A DNA stretch of 20,108 nucleotides, from positions 1 through 20,108 of the forward strand of contig JBDGTS010000011.1 of NCBI GenBank assembly GCA_042216675.1, in the 5' to 3' direction. Position 1 is the first letter of the stretch; each line of letters opens with the position of its first letter. Below are positions 1 to 7,900 of this stretch, one piece after another. Source of the stretch: Halobacteriaceae archaeon (lineage in GTDB: Archaea; Halobacteriota; Halobacteria; Halobacteriales; Halobacteriaceae). A program made the position numbers and the translations under genes. The notes under the pieces are model-generated. The model made no database searches, had not been told where the DNA came from, and saw nothing but the letters and a program-made list of their open reading frames with translations.

Positions 1-432
1 GTGGACGCCACCGACAACTTCCGGGCGCGCTTCCTCGTCAACGACGCCTGCACGCTGGCGGGCGTCCCGTTCACCCACGGCGCCGTGTTCAAGTTCGAGG
101 GACAGGTGACCACGTTCACCGGCGAGGGTCCCTGCTACCGCTGTCTGTTTCCCGAGGCGCCCCCGGAGGGCGCGGTGCCGAACTGCGCCGAGGCGGGCGT
201 GCTGGGCGTCGTGCCGGGCACCGTCGGCACTCTGCAGGCGACGGAGGCCCTTAAGATGCTCCTCGGCGCGGGCGAGTCGCTGGACGGCCGCCTGCTCTGC
301 TACGACGCGATGGGCCTCGACGTCGACGAGGTGACGGTGCGCCCGGACCCCGACTGCCCGGTGTGTGGGACGGACCCCATCGACTCAGTCGGCGAGGTGA
401 CCTACGAGGGGTCCTGTGCGATATCGACCTGA
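1..432 (+). CDS. ubaA: ThiF/MoeB/E1-like enzyme, probably SAMP-activating enzyme UbaA (5'-partial, runs in from the window edge)
   Basis: DATDNF..R motif, Zn-binding CYRC and CPVC, catalytic-loop PNCAEAGVLG, GTLQATEALK; TGA at 430-432. Confidence 0.88.
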   Translation: MDATDNFRARFLVNDACTLAGVPFTHGAVFKFEGQVTTFTGEGPCYRCLFPEAPPEGAVPNCAEAGVLGVVPGTVGTLQATEALKMLLGAGESLDGRLLCYDAMGLDVDEVTVRPDPDCPVCGTDPIDSVGEVTYEGSCAIST

Positions 433-599
433 CAGCACGCCCCCGCGGTCAGGTCCTCCTCTTCGACGTGTTGGGTGAGACAGGCGTAGTTGCAGAAGCG
501 CCCGGTCAGCGACTCGGTGCCGTCGGCGTACGCCTCGGTGACGGCGACGACGGGGTCGTAGTCCGAGAGGTCGCTCCCGCAGTAGGTGCAGGTGGCCAT
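402..599 (-). CDS. Small 65-aa Cys-rich putative zinc-binding protein (CxxC...FCNYAC...CC)
   Basis: ATG at 599 gives MATCTYCGSDLSDYDP...GRFCNYACLTQHVEEEDLTAGACC; acidic halophilic composition; the upstream in-frame extension to 839 is Arg-rich noise overlapping the esterase gene. Confidence 0.75.
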   Translation of the reverse strand: MATCTYCGSDLSDYDPVVAVTEAYADGTESLTGRFCNYACLTQHVEEEDLTAGACCQVDIAQDPS

Positions 600-673
600 A
601 CTCGCGCTTGGGCCGCGAGCGACTTCGGCGTTTGGACCACAACGGCTTCGGCGTCGGCGCCCAATCGTCGGCC

Positions 674-1309
674 ATGGCCGACCTACCGCTCGAACACCGC
701 TCGCGCCCGCCGGAGACGCACACCGGCGACCCGTCGCCCGCCGCCGTCGTGGTCCACGGTCTCGGCGCCGACGAGGGCGACCTGCTCCCGCTTGCCACGC
801 GCTTCCCCGACGGCCACCACGTGCTGAGCGTCCGCGCACCGGACCCGCACGGCCCCGGCTTCTCGTGGTTCGACTTCGATGGGGGGGACCCCGCCGACGC
901 GCGGCCCGTCGCCGAGGACTTCCGGCGGAGTCGTGACTTGCTCGACCGGTTCGTCGACGCCGCCGTCGAGCGCTACGGCCTCGACGCCGAGCGGGTGGGC
1001 CTCTTTGGCTTCAGTCAGGGCGCCGTGCTCGGGATGGGGTCGCTCGTCGAGGCGCCCGAGCGCTACGCGTGGGCCGTCGCCGCACACGGCTTCTACCCCG
1101 ACGACTGCGTGCCCGCGGAGCGCATCGACCGCCCGGTGTTCGTCAGCGGTGGCGCCGTGGACGCCGTCGTCCCGCCGGAGCGCGCCGAACGCGCGGCCGA
1201 CCGGCTCAGGGAGGTGGGCTGTGACGTGACCGAACGGACCTACGAGACTGGACATCGCATCGACGACGCCGAGGCCGACGACGCCGGTGCGTGGATGGCA
1301 AAGCGCTAG
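674..1309 (+). CDS. Phospholipase/carboxylesterase family alpha/beta hydrolase
   Basis: HGLGADE oxyanion region, nucleophile elbow GFSQG, candidate catalytic Asp (G..DAVVP) and His (GH); ATG at 674 (MADLPLEH). Confidence 0.88.
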   Translation: MADLPLEHRSRPPETHTGDPSPAAVVVHGLGADEGDLLPLATRFPDGHHVLSVRAPDPHGPGFSWFDFDGGDPADARPVAEDFRRSRDLLDRFVDAAVERYGLDAERVGLFGFSQGAVLGMGSLVEAPERYAWAVAAHGFYPDDCVPAERIDRPVFVSGGAVDAVVPPERAERAADRLREVGCDVTERTYETGHRIDDAEADDAGAWMAKR

Positions 1310-2259
1310 CGGGAGATGTCGCGGCCCTCGTCGGCGATGACGGCCTCGACTTCGGCGGGTGTGACCGTCGCCACGTCGCCGGGAATCGTGCGCTTGAGCG
1401 CCGCCGTCGCCGCGGCGTAGCGGAGCGCGTCGGCCACGTCGTCGCCGTCGAGGCGGCGTGCGATGAACGCGCCGACGAAGGCGTCGCCGGTGCCGATTGG
1501 GTCGTGCGTCTCGGACGGGAACGCCGGCTGGTCGATGATTTCGCCGTCGTGGTACGCCAGCGCGCCCTCGGCGCCGCGCGTGACGACGACAGTCTCGTGG
1601 CCGTGGACCGCCGCGAGTTCTTCGGCCACGTCGGCCGCGTCGCCCTCCACGTCGAGGACGCTGGCCGCGTCGGCGATGCCGGTCACGAGGACGTCCACGT
1701 CGTCGAGGAGCCCCGTCAACGTCTCGCGCGCCTCGGCGGGGTCCCAGAGCTTCGACCGGTAGTTCACGTCGAAGTAGGTCCGCGTGCCGTGTTCGCGGGC
1801 GTGGGCCAGCAGGTCCGCCGTCGTCTCGCGCAGGGTGTCCGAGAGCGCCGGGGTGATGCCCGTGGTCTGGAACGCGTCGGCGGCGGCGATGCGGTCGGTT
1901 GGCAGTTCGTCGGCAGTGGCCGTCGTCACCGCGGCGCCGGCCCGGTCGTAGACGACGTTCGTGCCGCGCGGGTCGCCGCCCTGTTCGATGTAGTAGGTGC
2001 CCTGCCGCCCCTCGTCGCTCCACACCACGTCGGCGTCGAGGCCGTAGCGCCGGAGTTCCGAGACGACCTTGCGGCCGAGCGGCGAGTCCGGCAGTTTCGA
2101 CGTCCACGTTGCGTCCGCGCCGAGGCGACTCGCGGCGGTGGCGACGTTGCTCTCCGCGCCGGCGACGCGCAAATCGAGGTCCGTGGCGACTTCGAGTCGC
2201 TCCTGTCCGGCCGGGGAGAACCGGAGCATCGTCTCTCCGAAGGTGACGAGGTCAGTCAT
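1306..2259 (-). CDS. kdgK: 2-keto-3-deoxygluconate kinase (PfkB family sugar kinase)
   Basis: FGETMLRFSP, AGAESNVA, DVNYR.KLW and PfkB signature DPIGTGDAF. Confidence 0.88.
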   Translation of the reverse strand: MTDLVTFGETMLRFSPAGQERLEVATDLDLRVAGAESNVATAASRLGADATWTSKLPDSPLGRKVVSELRRYGLDADVVWSDEGRQGTYYIEQGGDPRGTNVVYDRAGAAVTTATADELPTDRIAAADAFQTTGITPALSDTLRETTADLLAHAREHGTRTYFDVNYRSKLWDPAEARETLTGLLDDVDVLVTGIADAASVLDVEGDAADVAEELAAVHGHETVVVTRGAEGALAYHDGEIIDQPAFPSETHDPIGTGDAFVGAFIARRLDGDDVADALRYAAATAALKRTIPGDVATVTPAEVEAVIADEGRDISR

Positions 2260-2282
2260 GGCAACGGCGACGAGCGAGCGGG

Positions 2283-2290
2283 AAATAATA
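2283..2290 (-). promoter_or_regulatory. Putative TATA box (TATTATTT) for a leaderless kdgK transcript
   Basis: Only AT-rich tract in the 45-bp mutL-kdgK spacer, 24-31 bp upstream of the ATG at 2259. Confidence 0.6.
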
Positions 2291-2304
2291 CGCCCGGTTC
2301 GCGC

Positions 2305-4215
2305 TCACTCCGGGCGGCGGTGCTGGTGGCCCGGGTAGTCGCGCTCGAACCGGTCGGCGAGTTCGTCCGCGCTCACCTCGACCACGACGGGGCGGCCGTG
2401 CGGGCAGGCGAAGGGGTTCTCGCAGTCGTCCAGCGCCGACAGCAGGGCCACCGCCGACCCCTCGCTGAGCGACGTGTTGCCGGTGATAGAGGGGTAACAG
2501 GCCAAGTCCGCGAGCAGGGCGTCCGCCGCGTCGGCCACCGGGTCGTCGCCGGCCGCCGAGAGCGCCGACGCCAGCACGTCGCGCAGGAGGGCCGGGTCCA
2601 GCGCGTCGTCGAAGACGGCCGGGACGGCGGTGACGACGGCCTCGCGCCCGTCGAGGTCGGCCTCGAAGCCGAGTTCGCTGAGCGCCGGGCGCAGGTCGTC
2701 GAAGACGGCGGCCTCGGCGGCGGTGAGTTCGAGCGTCACCGGCCGCACGAGGGCCTGCGAGTCGCCGCCGTCGCCAAGCGCATCTCGCAGGCGCTCGTAG
2801 TTCACGCGCTCGTCGGCGGCGTGCTGGTCGATGACCACGAGGCCCCCCGCCGCCGCGGCGACGAGGTACGTGTCGTCCAGTTGGCCCAGCACGTCCATCG
2901 ACGGGAGGCGGTCGAAGTCGTCGTCGGGCGCGTCGTCGAGTCCGGGGAGCGTCGCGTTCTCGGTGGCCGCGAAGCGCCGGTCGGCGTCGGATTCTGAGTC
3001 GTCGTCCGCCGAGTCCGTCTCCGGCGTTCGACTGGCCGCGGCGGGCCGCCCTTTCGCGTTCTCGGCGTCGCGCCGCCGGTTCGCGTCCGTCGCGCCGCTC
3101 TCGGTTCGGTCTTCGGTCGCCGCCCCCTGTTTCGCGTCCGCGTCGTCGCTCGGTCGCTCCGGTTCGACCGTCGCCTCGTCGGGCGCGGACCGGCCCCGGG
3201 GCGCGCCCGAGCGGACCAGCCCCTCGTCCAGAAGCGCGTCAGCGACGGCCTCGGTGACGGCCTCGCGCACGGCGCTCTCGTCGTCGAAGCGCACCGCCGT
3301 CTTGCGCGGGTGGACGTTCACGTCCACGCCGCCGGGGGGTACCTCGACGAACAGCACCGCGAACGGGAAGCGGTCGGGCGCGAGTTGGGTGCCGTAGGCC
3401 GACAGAATCGCTTCTCGGAGCGCCGAGTCGGTGACGTAGCGGCCGTTGACGTAGGTGGCGAGGTACTCGCGAGTCGAGCGCGTCGTCTCGGGGTCGGAGA
3501 CGTAGCCGTGGACGCTCACCTCGCCGCCGCGGTCCACTTCGCGCATCGACTCGGCCACGTCGCGGCCGTAGACGGCCATGATGGCGCCCCGGCGGTCGCC
3601 CTGCCCCGTGGTGGCGAACGTCTCGCGGTCGCCGTGGGTCAGCGACACCGCCACGTCCGGATTCGCGAGGGCGTAGCGCGTGACGACGCGGTTGACGTGG
3701 CCGAACTCGGTGCTCTCGGCCTTGAGGAACTTCCGGCGGGCCGGCGTGTTGTAGAACAGGTCCGTCACTTCGACGGTGGTGCCCGGCGCGCGGCCCGCGG
3801 GGTCGACGGCCTGCACCTCGCCGCCGGCCATCTCCAGTCGGGTCCCCGTGTCGGCGCCCCGGGGGCGCGTGGTGATGGTCATCCGCGAGACGGCGCCGAT
3901 GGTGGAGAGCGCTTCGCCGCGGAAGCCCAGCGTCGAGACGCCGGCTTCGAGGTCCTCGATGCCCGAAATCTTCGAGGTGGTGTGCTGGCGCACCGCCTGA
4001 CGCACTGCCGCTTCGCTCATCCCGTGGCCGTCGTCGGCGACGGCGATTCGCTCGGTACCGCCGGCTTCGACGGTCACGTCCACCTGCTCTGCGTCCGCGT
4101 CGAGGCTGTTCTCGACCAGTTCCTTGACCGCCGAGGCGGGGCGTTCGACCACTTCGCCGGCGGCGATCTGTTCGACGGTCCGGTCGTCGAGTTCGTGGAT
4201 GTCGGGGTCGCTCAT
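2305..4215 (-). CDS. mutL: DNA mismatch repair endonuclease MutL
   Basis: IAAGEVVERPASAVKELVENSLDA, TLGFRGEAL, DVNVHP.K; C-terminal DQHAADERVNYE and CPHGRP; ATG at 4215 overlaps the mutS stop (ATGA). Confidence 0.96.
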   Translation of the reverse strand: MSDPDIHELDDRTVEQIAAGEVVERPASAVKELVENSLDADAEQVDVTVEAGGTERIAVADDGHGMSEAAVRQAVRQHTTSKISGIEDLEAGVSTLGFRGEALSTIGAVSRMTITTRPRGADTGTRLEMAGGEVQAVDPAGRAPGTTVEVTDLFYNTPARRKFLKAESTEFGHVNRVVTRYALANPDVAVSLTHGDRETFATTGQGDRRGAIMAVYGRDVAESMREVDRGGEVSVHGYVSDPETTRSTREYLATYVNGRYVTDSALREAILSAYGTQLAPDRFPFAVLFVEVPPGGVDVNVHPRKTAVRFDDESAVREAVTEAVADALLDEGLVRSGAPRGRSAPDEATVEPERPSDDADAKQGAATEDRTESGATDANRRRDAENAKGRPAAASRTPETDSADDDSESDADRRFAATENATLPGLDDAPDDDFDRLPSMDVLGQLDDTYLVAAAAGGLVVIDQHAADERVNYERLRDALGDGGDSQALVRPVTLELTAAEAAVFDDLRPALSELGFEADLDGREAVVTAVPAVFDDALDPALLRDVLASALSAAGDDPVADAADALLADLACYPSITGNTSLSEGSAVALLSALDDCENPFACPHGRPVVVEVSADELADRFERDYPGHQHRRPE

Positions 4216-6830
4216 TCGTCCAGTCTCCGTTGCCACTCCTGTACTTGTTCGAGCAGTTCGACCGGCGCCGTCTCGGCCACGTCCACCTCCCGAAGTTCCT
4301 CCGCGACGGCTTCGACTTCGGGGTCGGGGTCGGGGTCGGGGCCGGGGTCGCCGCCGTCGGAGGCCGCGCTGCCCCGGAACTCGCCGCTCCCCACGTCGAA
4401 GACGGCCTGTACCGTCTCGCTCTCGCCCGCCCCGCGGGCCTCGACGGCCTTCTCCTCGCGCAGGCGGTCCAGCACCTCGTCGGCGCGGTCCACCACTGGG
4501 TCGGGGACGCCCGCGAGGTCCGCGACGTGGATGCCGTAGGAGCGGTCGGTCGCCCCTTCCCGAATCGTCCGCAGGAAGGTCACGTCGCCGTCCTCCTCGC
4601 GCGCGGCGACGTGGACGTTCGCCACTCTGTCGAGGTGGTCCGCGAGCGCCGTCAGTTCGTGGTAGTGCGTCGCGAACAGCGTCAGCGCGTTCACGCGGTT
4701 GTGGATGTACTCCGTCGCCGCCCACGCGATGGAGATGCCGTCGTAGGTGGCCGTCCCCCGGCCCACCTCGTCGAGGACCACGAGCGAATCCTCCGTGGCG
4801 GAGTGGAGGATGTTCGACAGTTCCTGCATCTCGACCATGAACGTCGAGCGCCCCTCCGCGAGTTCGTCGAGGGCGCCGACGCGGGTGTAGATGCCGTCCA
4901 CGAGGCCCACGCGCGCCTCGTCGGCGGGCACGAAACTCCCCACCTGCGCGAGGAGGACGATGAGCGCCACCTGCCGCATGTAGGTGGACTTGCCGGACAT
5001 GTTGGGGCCAGTCACCACGAGAAATCTGGCGCTCCCGTTTCCGAGGCGCGCGTCGTTCGGCACGAACTCCGTCGTCTGCTCCACGACGGGGTGGCGCCCC
5101 GCCACCACGTCCACGCCGCCCCCCTCGCGCAGTTCGGGGCGCGTCCAGCGGTTCGCGGCGGCGTGCGCGGCGAAACTCGCCAGCACGTCCACCTCCGCGA
5201 CTGCGCGCCCGGCGTCCTGCAGGAGGGCCGCCTCCGCGGCGACGCGGTCCCGCAGGGCGTCGAAGAGTTCGGTCTCCAGTTCGGCCCGTCGCTCCTCGAC
5301 GCGCAGGAGGTCACGCTCCACCTCGTCGAGTTCGTCGGTGGTGTAGCGCGTCGAGTTCTTCAGGTCCTTTATCTCGCGGAACGCCTCGGGCACCTTCCCC
5401 GTCTCGCTGTTGCCGACCTGCACGTAGTAGCCGTCCGTGCGGTTGCGGTCTATCTGGAGGTGCGTGATGCCGTGCTCGGCCTTGGCCTCGGCCTCGAACT
5501 CGTCGAGCCAGTTCTCCAGTTCGCGCTGGCGGGCGATGAGGTCGTCCAGTTCTTCGTCGTAGCCCTCGCGGAACAGGCCGCCCTCCGTCGTCGTGCCCGG
5601 CGGGTCCTCGACGAGTGCGGCGTCGATCTCCTCGCGAAGCGCCGACGCCCGGTCCGGGTCGGCGCGGTCCAAGACGGCGGCGAGGGGCGACTCGGCGAGG
5701 TCCGGCGTCCCCGCGACGGCGTCTCTCAGCGCCGGGATGCAGGCGAGGGTGTCCCGCACGCGCAACAGGTCCCGGGCGTCGGCGGTGCCGCCCGCCGCGG
5801 CCGAGGCGAGGCGTTCGAGGTCGTATGCCGCCTCCAGTTCCTCGCGCACGGCGTCGCGGCCGAGCGGTGTGTCCGCAAGCGCCTCGACGGCGTCGGCCCG
5901 GCGCCGGAGTTCCGGGGCGTCCTGTCGGGGACGCTGGAGCCACTCCCGAAGCAGTCGGCCGCCCGCGGCGGTGACGGTGTGGTCCAGCGTGTCGAACAGC
6001 GACCCCGATCGCTCGCCCTCCATCGTCTCCACGAGTTCGAGGTTGCGCCGCGTCGTCGCGTCGAGGGCCACCTGCTCGCCGACGCGGTACGGCTGGAGGC
6101 GCGAGAGCGATCCCAGCACGTCGCCCCGCGTCTCGCGCACGTAGTCGAGGGCCGCGCCCGCGGCGACGACGGCGGCCCCCTCCGGGTCGAGGCCCACGCT
6201 CTCGGCGGCGGCGTCGCCGAACTGCTCGCGCACGGTGTGCGCGGCCCGGCCCGGCGCGAACGCCTCCGCGTCGTGGTCCGTCACCGTCGCGTCGAGCGCT
6301 GTCGCGGCGTCGGCGGCGAATCCCCCGTCTCGGAGCGACGGCCCCGGCAGGACTTCGACGGGCGCGAAGCGCCGGAGTTCGCCCAACAGGTCACCCTCGT
6401 CCGGGACTGTCGTCACGCGGAAGCGGCCCGTCGTCACGTCGGCGAACGCCACCCCGAACTCCCCGTCGTGTTCGACCGCCGTGGCGAGGTACTGCGCGGC
6501 CGCGGCGTCGGTTTCGAGCAGGGTGCCCGGCGTGACGACGCGCACGACTTCTCGGGTGGTGTCCTCGGAGCTCCGCTGGTCGGCGACGGCGACGCGGTAG
6601 CCCCGCTCCACGAGCTGGGTGAGGTAGGCCGTCAAATCGTCGACGGGCACGCCGGCCATCGGGTACGACGCGCCGTGGCTCGACTTCTCGGACACCTTCA
6701 GGCCGAGTTCGTCGGCGACGGTGCGCGCGTCGTCAGCGAAGAACTCGTAGAAGTCTCCCACCTGCATCGCCAGCAAGTCCGCGTCGGCCTCCTCGGCCAA
6801 CGCGAGGTACTCCTCGACGATGCCGGTCAC
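4212..6830 (-). CDS. mutS: DNA mismatch repair protein MutS (MutS1 type)
   Basis: QVGDFYEFF mismatch-recognition motif, PMAGVP, Walker A GPNMSGKST, STFMVEM, DEVGRGT, FATHYHEL, SYGIHVA. Start GTG 6830 (MTGIVEEY) preferred, preceded by SD-like GAGGGTGG; GTG 6839 is an alternative. Confidence 0.96.
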   Translation of the reverse strand: MTGIVEEYLALAEEADADLLAMQVGDFYEFFADDARTVADELGLKVSEKSSHGASYPMAGVPVDDLTAYLTQLVERGYRVAVADQRSSEDTTREVVRVVTPGTLLETDAAAAQYLATAVEHDGEFGVAFADVTTGRFRVTTVPDEGDLLGELRRFAPVEVLPGPSLRDGGFAADAATALDATVTDHDAEAFAPGRAAHTVREQFGDAAAESVGLDPEGAAVVAAGAALDYVRETRGDVLGSLSRLQPYRVGEQVALDATTRRNLELVETMEGERSGSLFDTLDHTVTAAGGRLLREWLQRPRQDAPELRRRADAVEALADTPLGRDAVREELEAAYDLERLASAAAGGTADARDLLRVRDTLACIPALRDAVAGTPDLAESPLAAVLDRADPDRASALREEIDAALVEDPPGTTTEGGLFREGYDEELDDLIARQRELENWLDEFEAEAKAEHGITHLQIDRNRTDGYYVQVGNSETGKVPEAFREIKDLKNSTRYTTDELDEVERDLLRVEERRAELETELFDALRDRVAAEAALLQDAGRAVAEVDVLASFAAHAAANRWTRPELREGGGVDVVAGRHPVVEQTTEFVPNDARLGNGSARFLVVTGPNMSGKSTYMRQVALIVLLAQVGSFVPADEARVGLVDGIYTRVGALDELAEGRSTFMVEMQELSNILHSATEDSLVVLDEVGRGTATYDGISIAWAATEYIHNRVNALTLFATHYHELTALADHLDRVANVHVAAREEDGDVTFLRTIREGATDRSYGIHVADLAGVPDPVVDRADEVLDRLREEKAVEARGAGESETVQAVFDVGSGEFRGSAASDGGDPGPDPDPDPEVEAVAEELREVDVAETAPVELLEQVQEWQRRLDE
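4318..4350. repeat. In-frame hexamer tandem repeat (TCGGGG, about 5.5 copies, one variant) encoding DPGPDPDPDP in the MutS C-terminal linker
   Basis: tcgggg tcgggg tcgggg tcgggg ccgggg tcg read directly. Confidence 0.8.
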
Positions 6831-6892
6831 GGGGACCACCCTCGAATCCGGTTCCGGCGTCGCTGGTGCATGGCGGCTACTGGCGGCCGAGT

Positions 6893-6899
6893 CCTAAAG
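6893..6899 (-). promoter_or_regulatory. Putative TATA box (CTTTAGG) of the mutS-mutL operon
   Basis: Only TTTA-type element in the rpl15e-mutS spacer; would place the transcription start near 6871. Confidence 0.45.
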
Positions 6900-6962
6900 A
6901 CTCTGCCCTTGCGGCTCGGGGCCGCCGCTATCGGGCGTGAGAACCGAAAGGAGGCGACGACG

Positions 6963-7544
6963 TTACTCGTCCGCGCTCGACTGGCTCGGGCGGGTCCGCT
7001 CGTGGCCCTTGCCCTTGCCGCCGAGGCCGCGGTTCTTGCGACCCGTGCCGGTCTTGCCGCGCAGGGCGCGGTTCTTGTGCGTCTCGTCGCAGATCCAGTT
7101 CAGGTCGTCGTCGTTCTGAATCGCGGGGTGGTTCGGGTCCACGAGAATCACTTCGAACCACTTCTGGGAGCCGTCTTCCCCGACCCAGTAGGAGTTCAGC
7201 ACCCGGAGGTTCGGGTACTTGCGGGTCGAGCGCTCCTCGGCGATGCGCTGGATGTTCTTCTTGCGGCCGATGCGGTTGACGCCCTGTCGCTTCGAGCGTC
7301 GGCCGGCCTTGTGCCGGACCTTCCGGGCGTTGCCCTTGCGGACGCTGGCCCGCACCACGATGATGCCCTGCTTGGCCTTGTAGCCCTGTTCGCGGGCCTT
7401 GTCCAGTCGCGTCGGTCGTTCGATGCGTTCGAGGGCGCCCTCGTCGCGCCACTCCTGCTTTCGTTGCCACTGCAGTTCGCCCAACTTCCCCTCGTCGGGG
7501 TCCCGCCAGGCGTCCTTGATGTGGGAGTAGAAGCTTCGTGCCAT
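6963..7544 (-). CDS. rpl15e: 50S ribosomal protein L15e (eL15)
   Basis: MARSFYSHIKDAW, RIERPTRLDKAR..GYKAKQG, YPNLRVLNSYWVGEDG..KWFEVILVDP; SD GGTGA at 7550-7554. Confidence 0.97.
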   Translation of the reverse strand: MARSFYSHIKDAWRDPDEGKLGELQWQRKQEWRDEGALERIERPTRLDKAREQGYKAKQGIIVVRASVRKGNARKVRHKAGRRSKRQGVNRIGRKKNIQRIAEERSTRKYPNLRVLNSYWVGEDGSQKWFEVILVDPNHPAIQNDDDLNWICDETHKNRALRGKTGTGRKNRGLGGKGKGHERTRPSQSSADE

Positions 7545-7685
7545 GTGTGTCACCACGGGCGCTTGCGGTTCAGGCCGCCCACGGGGAGTCCCGCGCGCAG
7601 TTGCGGCGGCGCGTCGCGCCACCTCGCCCACATTCCGTCCCGTCGAAACGGGTGCCCGCTGGTCGCCCGTCCGCCAGCGAGTTAC
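7545..7685 (-). ncRNA. Structured 5' leader of rpl15e, probably an eL15 ribosomal-protein leader (cis-regulatory RNA)
   Basis: About 140 nt between the promoter and the ATG; hairpins CUCGCUGG/CCAGCGGG and CCCGU-UUCG-ACGGG; loop ACGGGCG complementary to CGCCCGU next to the SD. An eL15 r-leader candidate has been described in Euryarchaeota. Confidence 0.6.
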
Positions 7686-7706
7686 CGGTTCTACCCCCGA
7701 CACCGG

Positions 7707-7720
7707 GTTAAGCGCTTCGG
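7707..7720 (-). promoter_or_regulatory. Putative BRE/TATA of rpl15e (CCGAAGCG-CTTAAC)
   Basis: Haloarchaeal CGAA-type BRE followed by a TTAA box, about 26 bp upstream of the first leader hairpin. Confidence 0.65.
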
Positions 7721-7900
7721 ACCCGTCCCGCTGGCCGCGTCTCACGCCCGCCCCGTCTACGGGCCTCCCGCGGACTGGCACACGAGACACCGGCGGTGGG
7801 TCGTCGCGGGGGCGGGCGCGGGCCTCGCCGTGGGTGTCGCGTTCGTCCGCCCCCCGCGGCGCCGGCACAGTAATATGCCGTGCGACGAAAGGAGAACTGA

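Noticed and set aside
1306-1309. Convergent stop-codon overlaps (also 9113-9116)
   Set aside because: Common in compact haloarchaeal genomes; no specific regulatory evidence
1291-2997. 568-aa plus-strand ORF
   Set aside because: Antisense to kdgK and mutL, which have clear family motifs
2950-3200. Possible intein or insertion in MutL
   Set aside because: Low-complexity acidic linker between the ATPase and endonuclease domains, normal for MutL; no intein terminal motifs
4216-4725. 170-aa N-terminal extension of MutL in the ORF track
   Set aside because: Overlaps mutS in another frame; the real start is the ATGA-coupled ATG at 4215
7545-7868. N-terminal extension of eL15, or a tRNA in this spacer
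   Set aside because: eL15 homology begins at MARSFY; no cloverleaf or T-loop consensus; better explained as leader and promoters
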